From the NCBI GenBank assembly GCA_046327955.1, contig JAXLXP010000007.1:193136-257135 (forward strand): DNA of 64,000 nt, read 5' to 3'. The position numbers were made by a program, and so were the translations under genes. The stretch's first letter is position 1. Each line of letters begins with the position of its first letter. Shown one piece after another: positions 11,657 to 22,020 of the stretch. Origin of the DNA: Candidatus Binatia bacterium (GTDB taxonomy: Bacteria > Desulfobacterota > Binatia > DP-6). Below the pieces are notes generated by a model. That model saw only the letters and a program-made list of their open reading frames with translations. It did no database searches and was not told the DNA's origin.

Positions 11657-13197
11657 GGCCCCACCTCACTGCACTGCTGCCGGTACTGGCGCCGATACTC
11701 GAGCTTGTTGAGCGCGTTCAGGTACGCGAGCACGCTCGCCTGGATGATGTCGGTGTGGCTCCCCTGGCCCGTCACCGTGATGCCGTCCTCCGAGACCAGG
11801 CACGAGACCTCGCCCTGCGCGTCGGTCCCGCCGGTGATCGCCTTGACGGCGTACCGCTCGAGCTGCGGGTGGCGCGCCGTCAAGTCGCCGATCGCCTTGT
11901 AACAGGCGTCGACCATGCCGTCGCCCGTCCCGTGGCCGAGCGCCTCCTCGCCGTCGATGCGGAGCTTCACGGTCGCGTGCGGGACGGCCATGCTGGAGGA
12001 CGTGACGTTCAGGTACACGAGCTCGTAGCGGTCGCGGACGGCGCGCGTCGACTCCTGCGCCACGAGCGCGATCAGGTCCTCGTCGTAGACGTGCTTCTTC
12101 GAGTCAGCCAATGCCTTGAACCGATCGAACAGCCGATTCATGTCGACGTCGGTCGCGTCGAGGCCGAGCTCCTTCAGCCGGCTGACGAGCGCGTGACGCC
12201 CCGAGTGCTTGCCGAGCACGATCCGATTGGACGCGAGCCCGACCGTGGCGGGGTTCATGATCTCGTAGCTCTGCCGGTACTTAAGCACCCCATCCTGGTG
12301 GATGCCCGCCTCGTGCGCGAACGCGTTGTCGCCCACGACCGGTTTGTTGATCGGGATCGGGATGCCGGTGATCTGCGAGACGAGATGGCTGGTCGCATAG
12401 ATCTCCTCGGTCACGATGCCCGTCTCGATGCCGAGGAAGCCGTCGGGGCGCGTCTTGATCGCCATGACGACTTCTTCGAGCGAGGTGTTCCCGGCGCGCT
12501 CGCCGAGGCCGTTGATCGTACACTCGATCTGCCGCGCCCCGCCCTGCACCGCCGCGAGTGAGTTCGCCACCGCCATGCCGAGGTCGTTGTGGCAGTGGGC
12601 GCTCCAGATGACCGTCCCCCCGCCCCGGACCTTCTGTCGCAGCGTCCGGAAGAGCTGGCCGTGCTCCTGCGGGAGCGCGTACCCGGTGGTGTCCGGCACG
12701 TTGACCGTGCAGGCTCCGGCCTCGATCACCGCGCCGAACACCTGCATCATGTAGTCGAGGTCGCTGCGCGACGCGTCCTCGGCCGAGAACTCGACGTAGT
12801 CGAGGTGCCGCCGTGCACGCGCTACCGCCCACGCCGCCGCGTCGAGCACCTCCTGCCGGCTCATCATGAGCTTGTGCTGGAGGTGAATGTCCGACGTTGC
12901 GATGAAGACGTGGATCCCGGGACGCTTGGCCTTCTCGACCGCGCGAATGGCGCGGTCGATGTCGTGCTCGCGGGTGCGGGCGAGCGACAGCACGATCGGC
13001 TTGGTCACCGCCTGCGCGATGCGCTGCACCGACTCGAAGTCCCCGTCCGACGAGGCAGCGAAACCCGCCTCGATCACGTCGACGCCGAGTCGCTCGAGCT
13101 GGCGCGCGATGACCAGCTTCTCCTCCGCGTTCATCGTCGCCCCCGGCGACTGTTCGCCGTCGCGGAGCGTCGTGTCGAAGATCTGTACCCGATCCAT
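11653..13197 (-). CDS. leuA: 2-isopropylmalate synthase
   Basis: [19 protein letters not shown]...[17 protein letters not shown]. Start ATG 13197. Confidence 0.9.
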   Translation of the reverse strand: MDRVQIFDTTLRDGEQSPGATMNAEEKLVIARQLERLGVDVIEAGFAASSDGDFESVQRIAQAVTKPIVLSLARTREHDIDRAIRAVEKAKRPGIHVFIATSDIHLQHKLMMSRQEVLDAAAWAVARARRHLDYVEFSAEDASRSDLDYMMQVFGAVIEAGACTVNVPDTTGYALPQEHGQLFRTLRQKVRGGGTVIWSAHCHNDLGMAVANSLAAVQGGARQIECTINGLGERAGNTSLEEVVMAIKTRPDGFLGIETGIVTEEIYATSHLVSQITGIPIPINKPVVGDNAFAHEAGIHQDGVLKYRQSYEIMNPATVGLASNRIVLGKHSGRHALVSRLKELGLDATDVDMNRLFDRFKALADSKKHVYDEDLIALVAQESTRAVRDRYELVYLNVTSSSMAVPHATVKLRIDGEEALGHGTGDGMVDACYKAIGDLTARHPQLERYAVKAITGGTDAQGEVSCLVSEDGITVTGQGSHTDIIQASVLAYLNALNKLEYRRQYRQQCSEVGP

Positions 13198-13223
13198 GGT
13201 CCGTCCTCTCCCCTTCCGCCCCT

Positions 13224-13267
13224 CCAAAAAGAAAAGCGCCACAGGCGGAAGGCCCGCCCGTGGCGCT
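13224..13267 (-). terminator. intrinsic terminator / attenuator hairpin in the leuA leader
   Basis: Minus strand GCGCCACGGGCGGGCCTTCCGCCTGTGGCGC followed by TTTTCTTTTT, about 25 nt upstream of the leuA ATG. Confidence 0.6.
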
Positions 13268-13291
13268 CACCAGAGTCGTGTTGGTGGTTCC

Positions 13292-13378
13292 CTACACTCC
13301 GGCGAGGGCCGCGGGCGGGCTGCCGAGCAGCAGGCCCAAGGCCAAGCTTTCCGCGAGTCGTAGGGAACGTCGCATCAT
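13292..13378 (-). CDS. leucine-rich leader peptide (leu attenuator), MMRRSLRLAESLALGLLLGSPPAALAGV
   Basis: 28-codon ORF with 8 Leu codons including a CTG-CTG-CTC run, immediately upstream of the terminator hairpin preceding leuA. Confidence 0.5.
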   Translation of the reverse strand: MMRRSLRLAESLALGLLLGSPPAALAGV

Positions 13379-13387
13379 TGGTTGGGC

Positions 13388-14218
13388 TTAGCCGCGGTGT
13401 CCCGGGTTGTCAAGCACGGAGGGCGCGGATGGCGGCGCGTCGCGCCGCCCGGAGGTGTGCCGGTGTCGCACCACGCGCGCGATCCGCCCGACCGGGCCCG
13501 ACAGCGCGTACGTGACCGTGCCGAGGAACAGCATCACCTCCGGCGCCCCGATCGTGACCGCGGCGAGGAAGATGAGCCCGATCAGGACCGAGAAGGGATG
13601 ACGATGATGGAGCCGGATGTCCTTGAAGGAGAAGTAGCGCACCTCGCTCACCATCAAGCCAGCGACGCCGAACGTGACGAGCAGCATCGTCAGATGCTTG
13701 TTCGGGTCGCCGAGAAAGCCGAGACGGTAGTACAGCAGGACCGTCGTGGCGATCACGTCCGCGGCCGCAGGAATCGGAAGGCCGAGGAAATGGCGCTTCT
13801 CGACCGTACCGACCTGGACGTTGAATCGCGCCAGCCGAAGCGCGCCGGCGGTCACATAGAGCGACGCGGCGAGCCAGCCCCACTGGCCCCACTGCCCGAG
13901 GGCCCAGCGATAGAGCAGGATCGCCGGCGCGACGCCGAAGGCGATGAGGTCCGCCAGCGAGTCGTACTGCACGCCGAACGAGCTGGCGGTGCGCGTGAGC
14001 CGGGCGATGCGACCGTCGAGCATGTCCGCGACCTGCGCCAGCAGGATCATGATCGCCGCCTGCCGGTACTGGCCCTTCTGCGTCAGGATGATCGAGTAGA
14101 ACCCGGCGAAGAGCCCGGCCGTCGTGACCAGGTTGGGCAACAGGTAGACGCCGTTGCGCAGTGGCGGGATGCGCCGGCGCGGACGGCCCGACACGACGCT
14201 GAAGCGCGGGCCGGTCAC
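13388..14218 (-). CDS. pssA: CDP-diacylglycerol--serine O-phosphatidyltransferase
   Basis: LPNLVTTAGLFAGFYSI...DMLDGRIAR...SLADLIAFGVAP CDP-alcohol phosphatidyltransferase motifs. Start is either GTG 14218 (GTGA overlap with psd stop) or ATG 14254. Confidence 0.8.
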   Translation of the reverse strand: MTGPRFSVVSGRPRRRIPPLRNGVYLLPNLVTTAGLFAGFYSIILTQKGQYRQAAIMILLAQVADMLDGRIARLTRTASSFGVQYDSLADLIAFGVAPAILLYRWALGQWGQWGWLAASLYVTAGALRLARFNVQVGTVEKRHFLGLPIPAAADVIATTVLLYYRLGFLGDPNKHLTMLLVTFGVAGLMVSEVRYFSFKDIRLHHRHPFSVLIGLIFLAAVTIGAPEVMLFLGTVTYALSGPVGRIARVVRHRHTSGRRDAPPSAPSVLDNPGHRG

Positions 14219-14868
14219 GCGGGGACCCTCGCCACGGCGGTCGTCCCGGCACACACCCGCTCCCCGCGCTGCACGAGGGGCTCGACGCCCGGCGGCACCC
14301 AGAGGTCGACGCGCGAGCCGAACATGATCATCCCCATGCGCTCGCCGCGACGGACTCGCTCACCCGCCGCGACGCGACACACGATGCGGCGGGCGATCGC
14401 GCCTGCGATCTGGACCATGACGAAGGGCCGGCCGTCCGCGGCCTCGATCTCGACGCTGTTGCGCTCGTTGTCGAGCGAGGCCTTGTCGGCGTACGCGGCG
14501 CGAAACCGGCCCGGCGTATGCCGCACGCGCCGGACGACCCCGCTCACCGGGTTGCGGTTCACGTGCACGTTCATCGGCGACATGAAGATCGAGATGCGAG
14601 TGCCAGGAAGGCCCTCCTCGGTGGTCTGCCCCGCCACGACCTCGAGGATGCGTCCGTCCGCCGGAGAGACCACGAGGCGCTCGTCGGCGGGCGGGAACCG
14701 CTCCGGATCGCGAAAGAACCAGAGCGTGAACGCGAGAACGACGACGAGCGGTACGACCGCCGCCACGTGGCCCGCCAGCGTCCCGACCACGGCCACGGTG
14801 CCGAGCACCACGAGCACCGTCGCGATGACCGGCCAGCCCTCGGGCGCGATCGGCAGGACGCGCGGCAC
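14215..14868 (-). CDS. psd: phosphatidylserine decarboxylase (short, archaetidylserine-decarboxylase-like form)
   Basis: SPADGRILEV...ISIFMSPMNVHVNRNPVSG...GERMGMIMFGSRVDL. Confidence 0.8.
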   Translation of the reverse strand: MPRVLPIAPEGWPVIATVLVVLGTVAVVGTLAGHVAAVVPLVVVLAFTLWFFRDPERFPPADERLVVSPADGRILEVVAGQTTEEGLPGTRISIFMSPMNVHVNRNPVSGVVRRVRHTPGRFRAAYADKASLDNERNSVEIEAADGRPFVMVQIAGAIARRIVCRVAAGERVRRGERMGMIMFGSRVDLWVPPGVEPLVQRGERVCAGTTAVARVPA

Positions 14869-14871
14869 TCT

Positions 14872-15888
14872 CTAGTTGCGCGAACGATCGACCAGGCGGT
14901 TCGACTGGAGCCACGGCATGAGCCCGCGAAGCTTCGCGCCGACCTCCTCGATGGGGTGGTTGGCCGCCTCTTTGCGGAGCTCGCGGAAGTGCGGCATGCC
15001 GCACCGGTACTCCGTGATCCATTCGTCGGCGAACTTCCCCGACTGGATGTCGGCGAGAAGGCCCTTCATGGCCTCTCGCGCCTCCTTGCCGATCACGCGC
15101 TTGCCGCGCGTCATGTCGCCGTACTCGGCGGTGTTGCTGATCGAGTAGCGCATGTTGGCGATCCCGCCCTCGTAGATGAGGTCGACGATCAGCTTCACCT
15201 CGTGGACACACTCGAAGTACGCCATCTCGGGCGGGTAGCCGGCGGCGACGAGGGTCTCGTAGCCGGCCCGGATGAGCTCGGTGAGCCCGCCGCAGAGCAC
15301 GGCCTGCTCGCCGAAGAGATCGGTCTCGGTCTCGTCCTTGAACGTCGTCTCGATGACGCCGGCGCGCGCGCCACCGATCCCCTTCGCATAGGCGAGCCCG
15401 ACGCGCTTCGTGTCGCCCTTCGGATCCTGGGCGAGCGCGAGCAGGCACGGGACCCCGCGACCCTTCTGGTACTCGCCGCGCACGAGGTGCCCGGGCCCCT
15501 TCGGCGCGACCATGAACACGTTGACGTCCGCCGGTGGCACGATCTTCCGAAAATGGATGTTGAAGCCGTGGCCGAACGCGAGGTACTTGCCCGCCTTCAG
15601 CCCGGGGGCGATCTCCTTCTCGTATATCTCCGCCCCCTGCTCGTCGGGCACGAGCACCATGACGACGTCGGCCTCCTTCGCGGCCGTGGCCGTGTCGACG
15701 ACCCGGAGGCCTTCTTTCTCGGCCTTGGCGCGCGAGGCGCTGTCGGACCGCAGGCCCACCCGCACGTCGATTCCGCTGTCGCGCAGGTTGAGCGCGTGCG
15801 CATGTCCCTGGCTGCCGTAGCCGAGGATCGCGACTTTCTTGCCCTCCAGCGGCTCGAGGCTCGCATCTCCGTCGTGATAGATGTTCAT
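14872..15888 (-). CDS. ilvC: ketol-acid reductoisomerase
   Basis: [23 protein letters not shown]... full-length IlvC homology. Confidence 0.9.
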   Translation of the reverse strand: MNIYHDGDASLEPLEGKKVAILGYGSQGHAHALNLRDSGIDVRVGLRSDSASRAKAEKEGLRVVDTATAAKEADVVMVLVPDEQGAEIYEKEIAPGLKAGKYLAFGHGFNIHFRKIVPPADVNVFMVAPKGPGHLVRGEYQKGRGVPCLLALAQDPKGDTKRVGLAYAKGIGGARAGVIETTFKDETETDLFGEQAVLCGGLTELIRAGYETLVAAGYPPEMAYFECVHEVKLIVDLIYEGGIANMRYSISNTAEYGDMTRGKRVIGKEAREAMKGLLADIQSGKFADEWITEYRCGMPHFRELRKEAANHPIEEVGAKLRGLMPWLQSNRLVDRSRN

Positions 15889-16403
15889 GCTGCGCGCTCC
15901 TTGTCCTTCCCGTCGACGGTGAGGAGGCGCGTACCGCGGAACATCGCCACCTTGCCGGTCCGTACGATCTCCTGGATGCCGATCGGCTTGAGCAGCTCGA
16001 CCAGCGCCGCAATCTTGTCCTCCGAGCCCGTGACCTCGACGATGTACGATTTCCGCGAGACGTCGATGATCTTGCCGCGGAAGATGTCGACGATGTTGAT
16101 CACCTCGCCGCGCGTGCGCTCGTCGGCCGCCACCTTGATGAGCACCAGCTCGCGCTCGACGTGCTCGGTCTCCGCGAAGTCCGTGACCTTGATCACGCAG
16201 ATCAGCTTGTTCAGCTGCTTCTCGATCTGCTCGAGCACCTGGTCGTCCCCGCGCGTGACGAGCGTGATGCGGGACACCGTCGGGTCGAGCGTCTCGGCGA
16301 CCGACAGGCTCTCGATGTTGAAGCCCCGGCCGGAGAACAGCCCCGCGACGCGCGCGAGCACGCCGAATTCGTTCTCGACCAAGACGGAAATCGTGTGTCG
16401 CAT
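15885..16403 (-). CDS. ilvN: acetolactate synthase small (regulatory) subunit
   Basis: [38 protein letters not shown] domain. ATGA overlap with ilvC. No large-subunit gene is adjacent. Confidence 0.85.
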   Translation of the reverse strand: MRHTISVLVENEFGVLARVAGLFSGRGFNIESLSVAETLDPTVSRITLVTRGDDQVLEQIEKQLNKLICVIKVTDFAETEHVERELVLIKVAADERTRGEVINIVDIFRGKIIDVSRKSYIVEVTGSEDKIAALVELLKPIGIQEIVRTGKVAMFRGTRLLTVDGKDKERAA

Positions 16404-16486
16404 CGTACTCCCTCCCGCGCGCGGGCGGACGGTGGCACTCCCCCCGCGCCGAGGAGTCGCCCGGGTGGCTCGCGAACCCGGCCGGG

Positions 16487-16723
16487 CTAGTGGTCTCGGT
16501 GCCGGGCGAGAATCTCCATGATCCTGTCCTTGCCGGCGAGCTTGAGCTTCTGCAGCCGCTTGCGCTCCACTTCCTCGTCGGGCGTGAGGTACGCTTTCTG
16601 ATGGAACGCGTTCAACCGCCGCTCGAGATCGACGTGTTCGTCGTAGTAGCGCCGCAGGTCCGGCTCACCATCGAGCAGCGTCTGGATGAGCTCCTCGTCC
16701 TTCTTCTCCATAGGGTCCCTCAA
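16487..16723 (-). CDS. DUF465 (YdcH-like) family protein
   Basis: 78 aa, ...[37 protein letters not shown]. Confidence 0.6.
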   Translation of the reverse strand: MRDPMEKKDEELIQTLLDGEPDLRRYYDEHVDLERRLNAFHQKAYLTPDEEVERKRLQKLKLAGKDRIMEILARHRDH

Positions 16724-16776
16724 CCAGTCGCGATGCCAGCCAGGGGTGGCAGCCTAGCGTGCGGCAAAACGCCTTG

Positions 16777-17454
16777 TCAACGCGAGCCCGAGCGGTTGAT
16801 CTCCGCTTCCGATGGTCGCACGTAGACCGGCTCGGTCTCGCCCGGACTCGCCTCCTCGCCCGCGGCCAACCGTGCCCAGCCGAGGCGCGCCACCACGACG
16901 CCGCGCGGCGGGCAGAGGTCGAGCGCCAGGACGCGCGCGCGGGCCCCGAGCTGCGGATACGTCGCCGCCGCGTCGCCGACCAGGACGCAGCCCGTCGGAA
17001 GCCGCTCCAGCAACCGTGCCGGCGACAGCACCGCGTCCGGCGTCAAGCGGCGGCGCCCGGCCTCGGTCACGTCGAAGAGCGCGGCGTACACCTCCTGCTT
17101 GCGCGCGTCGAGCGCCGCGCAGACGATGGCGCCCGGCGCAACGGGGGCGGCGTGCGCCAACGCCTCCAGCGTCGGCACGGTGGCGAGCTTCAGCCCGCCC
17201 GCGAACACGATCCCCTTGGCGAGCGCGAGCCCGATCCGGAGCCCGGTGAACGATCCCGGCCCGATCGACACCGCCACCGCTTCGACGTCCTCGAGGCGCC
17301 GCTTGGCCCGCGCGAGCGCCTGCTCCACGAGCGCCGGGAGCGATGCCGCGTGCCCTCGCGTGGCGGGCGCACTCACCTCCGCGAGCGGGGCTCCATCGCT
17401 CACGACGCCCACCGCCGCGGTCCACGTCGCGGTGTCGATGCCGAGGACGAGCAG
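16777..17454 (-). CDS. tsaB: tRNA threonylcarbamoyladenosine biosynthesis protein TsaB
   Basis: ...LLVLGIDTATWTAAVGVVSDGAP...SIGPGSFTGLRIGLALAKG. The conserved N-terminus is encoded in frame upstream of the first canonical start (GTG 17412). The proposed start is CTG 17454, 5 nt after the rseP stop. Confidence 0.7.
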   Translation of the reverse strand: MLVLGIDTATWTAAVGVVSDGAPLAEVSAPATRGHAASLPALVEQALARAKRRLEDVEAVAVSIGPGSFTGLRIGLALAKGIVFAGGLKLATVPTLEALAHAAPVAPGAIVCAALDARKQEVYAALFDVTEAGRRRLTPDAVLSPARLLERLPTGCVLVGDAAATYPQLGARARVLALDLCPPRGVVVARLGWARLAAGEEASPGETEPVYVRPSEAEINRSGSR

Positions 17455-17458
17455 TGGA

Positions 17459-18541
17459 CTAGCCCTGCACGAGCCGATGGATGTCGTTGTAGAACACGAA
17501 CACCATCAGCGTGAGGAGCAGGAGGAGTCCCACCTGCTGCGCGATCTCGCGGTGCCGAGGCCGCAGCGGCTGCCGGATGACGGCTTCGATGCCGACCATC
17601 GCCAGGTGCCCGCCGTCGAGCGCCGGGATCGGCAGCAGGTTGAGCACGCCGAGGTTCACCGACAGAAACGCGAGCATCGAGAGGAAATAGCGCAGCCCGG
17701 CGCGGGCCTGCTGGCCGGCAGCCCGCGCAATTGCGATCGGGCCGCCGAGCTCGCGCAGCGGCACTCGCCCCTGCAGCATGAGAACGAGCCCCTTGGCGAC
17801 GACGGCCGACGCCATCCAGGTCTGCTCCGCGGCCATGCGGACTCCCTCGAAGGGGCCCACCGAAACCCAGTCGCGCGAGGCCTCGATCCCGATCCGGTAC
17901 GACGATCCCTGCTCCTCGCCGAAGAGGTTACGGTCGAGACGAAGCTCCGGCGTGACTTCGAGCGGGAACTGCGACTCGCCGCGCCGAACCTCGAGGTGCA
18001 ACCGCGCGCCCCCCGAGCGCAGCACCGCCTTCGAGAGCTGCTCCCACGTGGCGATCTGCTCGTCGTTCACGGACGCGATGCGGTCTCCGATCTCGAGGCC
18101 TGCGGCCTCGGCCGGCGAGCCCTGCCCTACGCCACCCACGCGCGGCTCCGAGGAGGGCACCTCCGCGCCCACGAGCGCGAAAAGGAGCGCGTAGGTCACG
18201 AAGGCGAACAAGAAGTTCATCGCTGGGCCCGCGAAGACGATCGCGGCCCGCCGCAACGGCACCTGGGTCGAGAACGATCGATCCGGGTCGACGGCCGCCT
18301 CCTCCTCGTCGTCCTCGCCCTGCATCTTCACGTAGCCGCCGAGCGGGACTGCCGACAGCGCGTACTCGGTCTCGCCCCGCCGGCGCGCCAGCACGACCGG
18401 GCCGAACCCGATCGAGAAGCGGAGGACCTTCACCCCGATCCGCTTGGCGACCAGGAAGTGCCCGAGCTCGTGCACGAACACGAGCACGCCCAGGGCCACC
18501 GCGAAGGCGACGAATGTGAGTACGGGGGGCGGAAGGTGCAT
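17459..18541 (-). CDS. rseP: RIP metalloprotease RseP (site-2 protease, M50)
   Basis: HELGHFLVAKRIGV zinc motif, PDZ domain, LLPIPALDGGH. Start ATG 18541. Confidence 0.9.
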   Translation of the reverse strand: MHLPPPVLTFVAFAVALGVLVFVHELGHFLVAKRIGVKVLRFSIGFGPVVLARRRGETEYALSAVPLGGYVKMQGEDDEEEAAVDPDRSFSTQVPLRRAAIVFAGPAMNFLFAFVTYALLFALVGAEVPSSEPRVGGVGQGSPAEAAGLEIGDRIASVNDEQIATWEQLSKAVLRSGGARLHLEVRRGESQFPLEVTPELRLDRNLFGEEQGSSYRIGIEASRDWVSVGPFEGVRMAAEQTWMASAVVAKGLVLMLQGRVPLRELGGPIAIARAAGQQARAGLRYFLSMLAFLSVNLGVLNLLPIPALDGGHLAMVGIEAVIRQPLRPRHREIAQQVGLLLLLTLMVFVFYNDIHRLVQG

Positions 18542-18546
18542 CGTCC

Positions 18547-19344
18547 TCAACCGTGAGGCAGCGCTGCGTAGTAGTACGCGTAGACGAAGGGGAAGAGCAG
18601 GCTGTCCAGCCGATCCAGAATGCCACCGTGCCCGGGGATAATCCAGCCCGAGTCCTTGGCACCAAACGCCCGCTTGAGAGCCGACTCGCAGAGGTCGCCG
18701 AACTGGGCGAGCACGCTCACCATTACGGCCAGTGGGACCATCTCGGCGATGCCGAGCACTCGGAAGAACGCCAAGCGGCAGAGCAGCGCGACGACGACGG
18801 CCCCTCCGACGGCGCCCAAGGCCCCTTCCACCGTCTTGCCCGGGCTCACGGCCGGCAACAGCTTGCGCCGCCCCCACGCCCGGCCGGCGAAATAGCCCCC
18901 GGTGTCGGAGCCCATCGCAGCGAACAAGGTGAACAGCACCCAGCGCCATCCCTCGGGAATGCCACGGAGGAGCACGACGTGCGGGATGAAGAACCCGACG
19001 TAGAGCGCGCCCAGGAGGAGCAGGCCGAGCCGGTTCATCGCCCCGGGCAGATCCTCGTGCCGCCAGAGCGTCCGCGCGAACCCGGTGACCACGGTGAGCG
19101 CGAGACCCGCGCCCCAGAGGTCCGGCCGGCGGGCGATCACGCCGGCGGTGACCGCGAGCCCGCACCCGATGCCGAGGACCCGTTCGGTCCGCGCATCGGG
19201 GAGCGCCATCGTGAAGAACTCGTAGAGACCGACCGCGGCGACCGCCCCGATGAAGCCCGCGAACAGCGCCTCGGGGAGGTACTGGACGATCAGCCAGAGC
19301 GCCGGGATGGCGAGCGCGGCGGTGGCGAGTCTAGTTCGCAGCAC
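18547..19344 (-). CDS. cdsA: phosphatidate cytidylyltransferase
   Basis: Multi-TM protein with ...GDLCESALKRAFGAKDSGWIIPGHGGILDRLDS. GTG start 19344. Confidence 0.85.
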   Translation of the reverse strand: MLRTRLATAALAIPALWLIVQYLPEALFAGFIGAVAAVGLYEFFTMALPDARTERVLGIGCGLAVTAGVIARRPDLWGAGLALTVVTGFARTLWRHEDLPGAMNRLGLLLLGALYVGFFIPHVVLLRGIPEGWRWVLFTLFAAMGSDTGGYFAGRAWGRRKLLPAVSPGKTVEGALGAVGGAVVVALLCRLAFFRVLGIAEMVPLAVMVSVLAQFGDLCESALKRAFGAKDSGWIIPGHGGILDRLDSLLFPFVYAYYYAALPHG

Positions 19345-20086
19345 GCAGACGTTGCCGCTCCGCCTGCGCGGAGGTGAGACCGAAGCGGCGCTGGCGTTGC
19401 TGGAAGTAAGCGAGCGCCTGGAGGAACTCCCGCTCGCGGAAGTCGGGCCAGAGCGTCTCGGTGAAGTACAACTCGGTGTAGGCGAGCTGCCAGAGAAAGA
19501 AGTTGCTGATCCGCATCTCGCCGCTGGTGCGGATGAGCAGGTCGGGGTCGGGGATGCCGGCGGTGCCGAGGTGCTCGGCGAGCGTGCCGGCGGTGATCTG
19601 TCCCGGATCGAGATCCCCGCGTTCGACCTGCCGGGCGATCGCCCGGGCGGCGCGAACGATGTCGTCGCGCCCGCCGTAGCTCACCGCCAGGATCACCGTC
19701 ATTCCGGTGTTCTGCCGCGTGCGCGCGATCGTGCTGCGCAGCGCCTGCCGGACGGCCGGCGGGAGCTTGGCGAGCTCGCCCACCGCGAGGAGCCGGATCT
19801 GATGGTGCATCATCTTCTGCAGCTCGCTCTCGAGGTACCGGCGCAAGAGCGTCATGAGGCCGTCCACTTCGCGCGGCGGCCGCTGCCAGTTCTCGCTCGA
19901 GAACGCGAACAGCGAGAGGTACTGAACCCCGAGACGGCGCGCCGTCTCGACCACCGAGCGCACCGATTCCTTGCCGGCCCGGTGCCCGTGGAGACGCGTG
20001 AGCCCGCGCTGCTGCGCCCACCGGCCGTTGCCGTCCATGATCACGGCGACGTGCGCGGGCAACCGAGTGGGATCGATCTGCACCAT
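19331..20086 (-). CDS. uppS: undecaprenyl diphosphate synthase
   Basis: HVAVIMDGNGRWA...FAFSSENWQRP...ELYFTETLWPDF. Confidence 0.9.
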   Translation of the reverse strand: MVQIDPTRLPAHVAVIMDGNGRWAQQRGLTRLHGHRAGKESVRSVVETARRLGVQYLSLFAFSSENWQRPPREVDGLMTLLRRYLESELQKMMHHQIRLLAVGELAKLPPAVRQALRSTIARTRQNTGMTVILAVSYGGRDDIVRAARAIARQVERGDLDPGQITAGTLAEHLGTAGIPDPDLLIRTSGEMRISNFFLWQLAYTELYFTETLWPDFREREFLQALAYFQQRQRRFGLTSAQAERQRLRAAN

Positions 20087-20655
20087 CAGACCGCCAGGAT
20101 GTCCTCTTCCTTGGCCTTGAGGAGCTTCTCGAGCCGCTCGATGGCGTCCTTGGTGAGTGCCTCGATCTTCTCGGCGGCGTGCCGGCGATCGTCCTCGGTG
20201 ATGTCCTTCTCCTTCTCGAGCTCCTTCAGCATCTCGAGCGCGTCGCGTCGGTGGCTGCGCTGGGAGACCCGGAAGTCCTCCGCGACCTTCTTGATGTGCT
20301 TGACCAGGTCGCGCCGGCGCTCTTCGGTGAGCGGCGGGATCGGCACCCGGATGAGCTTGCCGTCGTTCAGCGGGTTGAGGCCGAGGTCCGCACTCTGAAT
20401 CGCCTTCTCGATCGCCTGGACGACGCTCTTGTCGTAGGGTTGGACGACCAGCAGCGTCGCGTCTGGCGCCGAGACCGACGCGATCTGGTTCAGCGGCGTC
20501 CGCGTCCCGTAGTACTCGACGAAGATGCCCTCCAGGAGCGACGTCGCGGCGCGCCCCGTTCGCACGTGGCTCAGCTCCTTGCGGAACGAGCCGATCGTCT
20601 TGTCCATTTCCTGGCGGGTGTTCTCGATGATCTCGGAGGTCATGTCGGAGGTCAT
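20086..20655 (-). CDS. frr: ribosome recycling factor
   Basis: [36 protein letters not shown]... 189 aa. RBS GGAGG. ATGA overlap with uppS. Confidence 0.9.
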   Translation of the reverse strand: MTSDMTSEIIENTRQEMDKTIGSFRKELSHVRTGRAATSLLEGIFVEYYGTRTPLNQIASVSAPDATLLVVQPYDKSVVQAIEKAIQSADLGLNPLNDGKLIRVPIPPLTEERRRDLVKHIKKVAEDFRVSQRSHRRDALEMLKELEKEKDITEDDRRHAAEKIEALTKDAIERLEKLLKAKEEDILAV

Positions 20656-21368
20656 GGCCGTCCTCCGTGCACGAGCGTCCCGATCCGAACGCCGCGCACC
20701 GCCTTCAGGACGTTCCCGGGCTGCATCATGTTGAACACGAGGATCGGCATCGCGTTGTCCATGCACAGAGAGATCGCCGTCGCATCCATGACCTGCAGGT
20801 GGCGATTGAGCACTTCGATGTAGGTGAGCTCGTCGAAGCGGACCGCGTTCGGGTGCTTGATCGGATCGGCGTCGTAGATGCCGTCGACGCGCGTGGCCTT
20901 GAAGATAACCTCGGCGCCGATCTCCATCGCACGCAGGCTCGCGGCCGTGTCGGTCGTGAAGAACGGGTTGCCGGTGCCCGCCGCGAAGATGACCACCCGG
21001 CCTTTCTCGAGGTGCCGAGTCGCCCGCCGACGGATGTAGGGCTCGGCCACCTGGCGCATCTCGATCGCGGAGAGCACCCGGGTCGCAACGCCGAGCTTCT
21101 CGAGCGAGTCCTGCAGGGCCAGCGCGTTGATGACCGTCGCCAGCATCCCCATGTAGTCGCCCGTCGCCCGCTCCATGCCCCGCGTGCTGGCGGCGACGCC
21201 GCGAAAGATGTTCCCCCCGCCGATGACCAGGGCCAGCTCGCAGCCGAGGGCGCGGACCTCACGCACCTCCGCCGCGAAGTCCCCGAGGACCGTGGGGTCG
21301 ATGCCATAGCCCGAGGAGCCGGCCAGTGCCTCCCCGCTGATCTTGAGGAGGACGCGCCGGTAACGGAT
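20652..21368 (-). CDS. pyrH: UMP kinase
   Basis: [16 protein letters not shown]...[18 protein letters not shown]. The conserved N-terminus (to ~21368) lies upstream of the first canonical start (GTG 21266). No ATG/GTG/TTG exists between the tsf stop and the conserved region, so the 5' end given here is approximate. Confidence 0.65.
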   Translation of the reverse strand: MRYRRVLLKISGEALAGSSGYGIDPTVLGDFAAEVREVRALGCELALVIGGGNIFRGVAASTRGMERATGDYMGMLATVINALALQDSLEKLGVATRVLSAIEMRQVAEPYIRRRATRHLEKGRVVIFAAGTGNPFFTTDTAASLRAMEIGAEVIFKATRVDGIYDADPIKHPNAVRFDELTYIEVLNRHLQVMDATAISLCMDNAMPILVFNMMQPGNVLKAVRGVRIGTLVHGGRP

Positions 21369-21393
21369 CGCGCCGGATTCCCCCGGCGCGGGC

Positions 21394-22020
21394 TCAGGCT
21401 CCGGCCTCGCCTCCAGCGGGGTTCTCCTTGGCCGTCTCGCCGAGCTGGAACCGGACGAACCGCCGCACCGCCACGTTGACCCCGAAGCGGACGATGGCCT
21501 CTTGGACGATCTCGCCCACGGTTCGATCGCTCTGCTTCACGAACGGCTGCTCGAGCAGACAGAAGTCCTTGTAGAAGCGGTCGACCTGACCTTCGACGAT
21601 CCGGTCGATCACCTTCTCCGGCTTGCCCTGCTGCTGCGCCTGGACGCGATATATCTGACGCTCGCTGTCGAGCTCCGCTGCCGGCACCTCTTCGCGACGG
21701 ACCCAGCGCGGGGACGCGGCCGCCACCTGCATCGCCAGGTCCCGCACGAGCTGCTGGAACTCCGCCGTCTTGGCGACGAAGTCGGTCTCGCAGTTCACCT
21801 CGATCAGGACACCGATCTTCCCGCCCGGGTGGATGTACGACCCGACCGCCCCGTCGGTCGCCTCGCGCGTTGCCTTCTTCGCCGCCTTGGCGAGACCTTT
21901 CTCCCGCAGGAGACGGAGCGCCTTCTCGCCGTCACCCGCGGCCTCGCCGAGCGCCTTCTGGCAGTCGAGCAGCCCCGCGCCGGTCTTCTCGCGGAGCTCT
22001 TTGACGATCGCCAGGCTCAT
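21394..22020 (-). CDS. tsf: translation elongation factor Ts
   Basis: [24 protein letters not shown]... ATGA overlap with the rpsB stop. Confidence 0.9.
   Translation of the reverse strand: MSLAIVKELREKTGAGLLDCQKALGEAAGDGEKALRLLREKGLAKAAKKATREATDGAVGSYIHPGGKIGVLIEVNCETDFVAKTAEFQQLVRDLAMQVAAASPRWVRREEVPAAELDSERQIYRVQAQQQGKPEKVIDRIVEGQVDRFYKDFCLLEQPFVKQSDRTVGEIVQEAIVRFGVNVAVRRFVRFQLGETAKENPAGGEAGA

Noticed and set aside
15885-16403. ilvN (small subunit) without an adjacent ilvB as a possible anomaly
   Set aside because: The large-subunit gene is commonly located elsewhere, so this does not point to a novel system.
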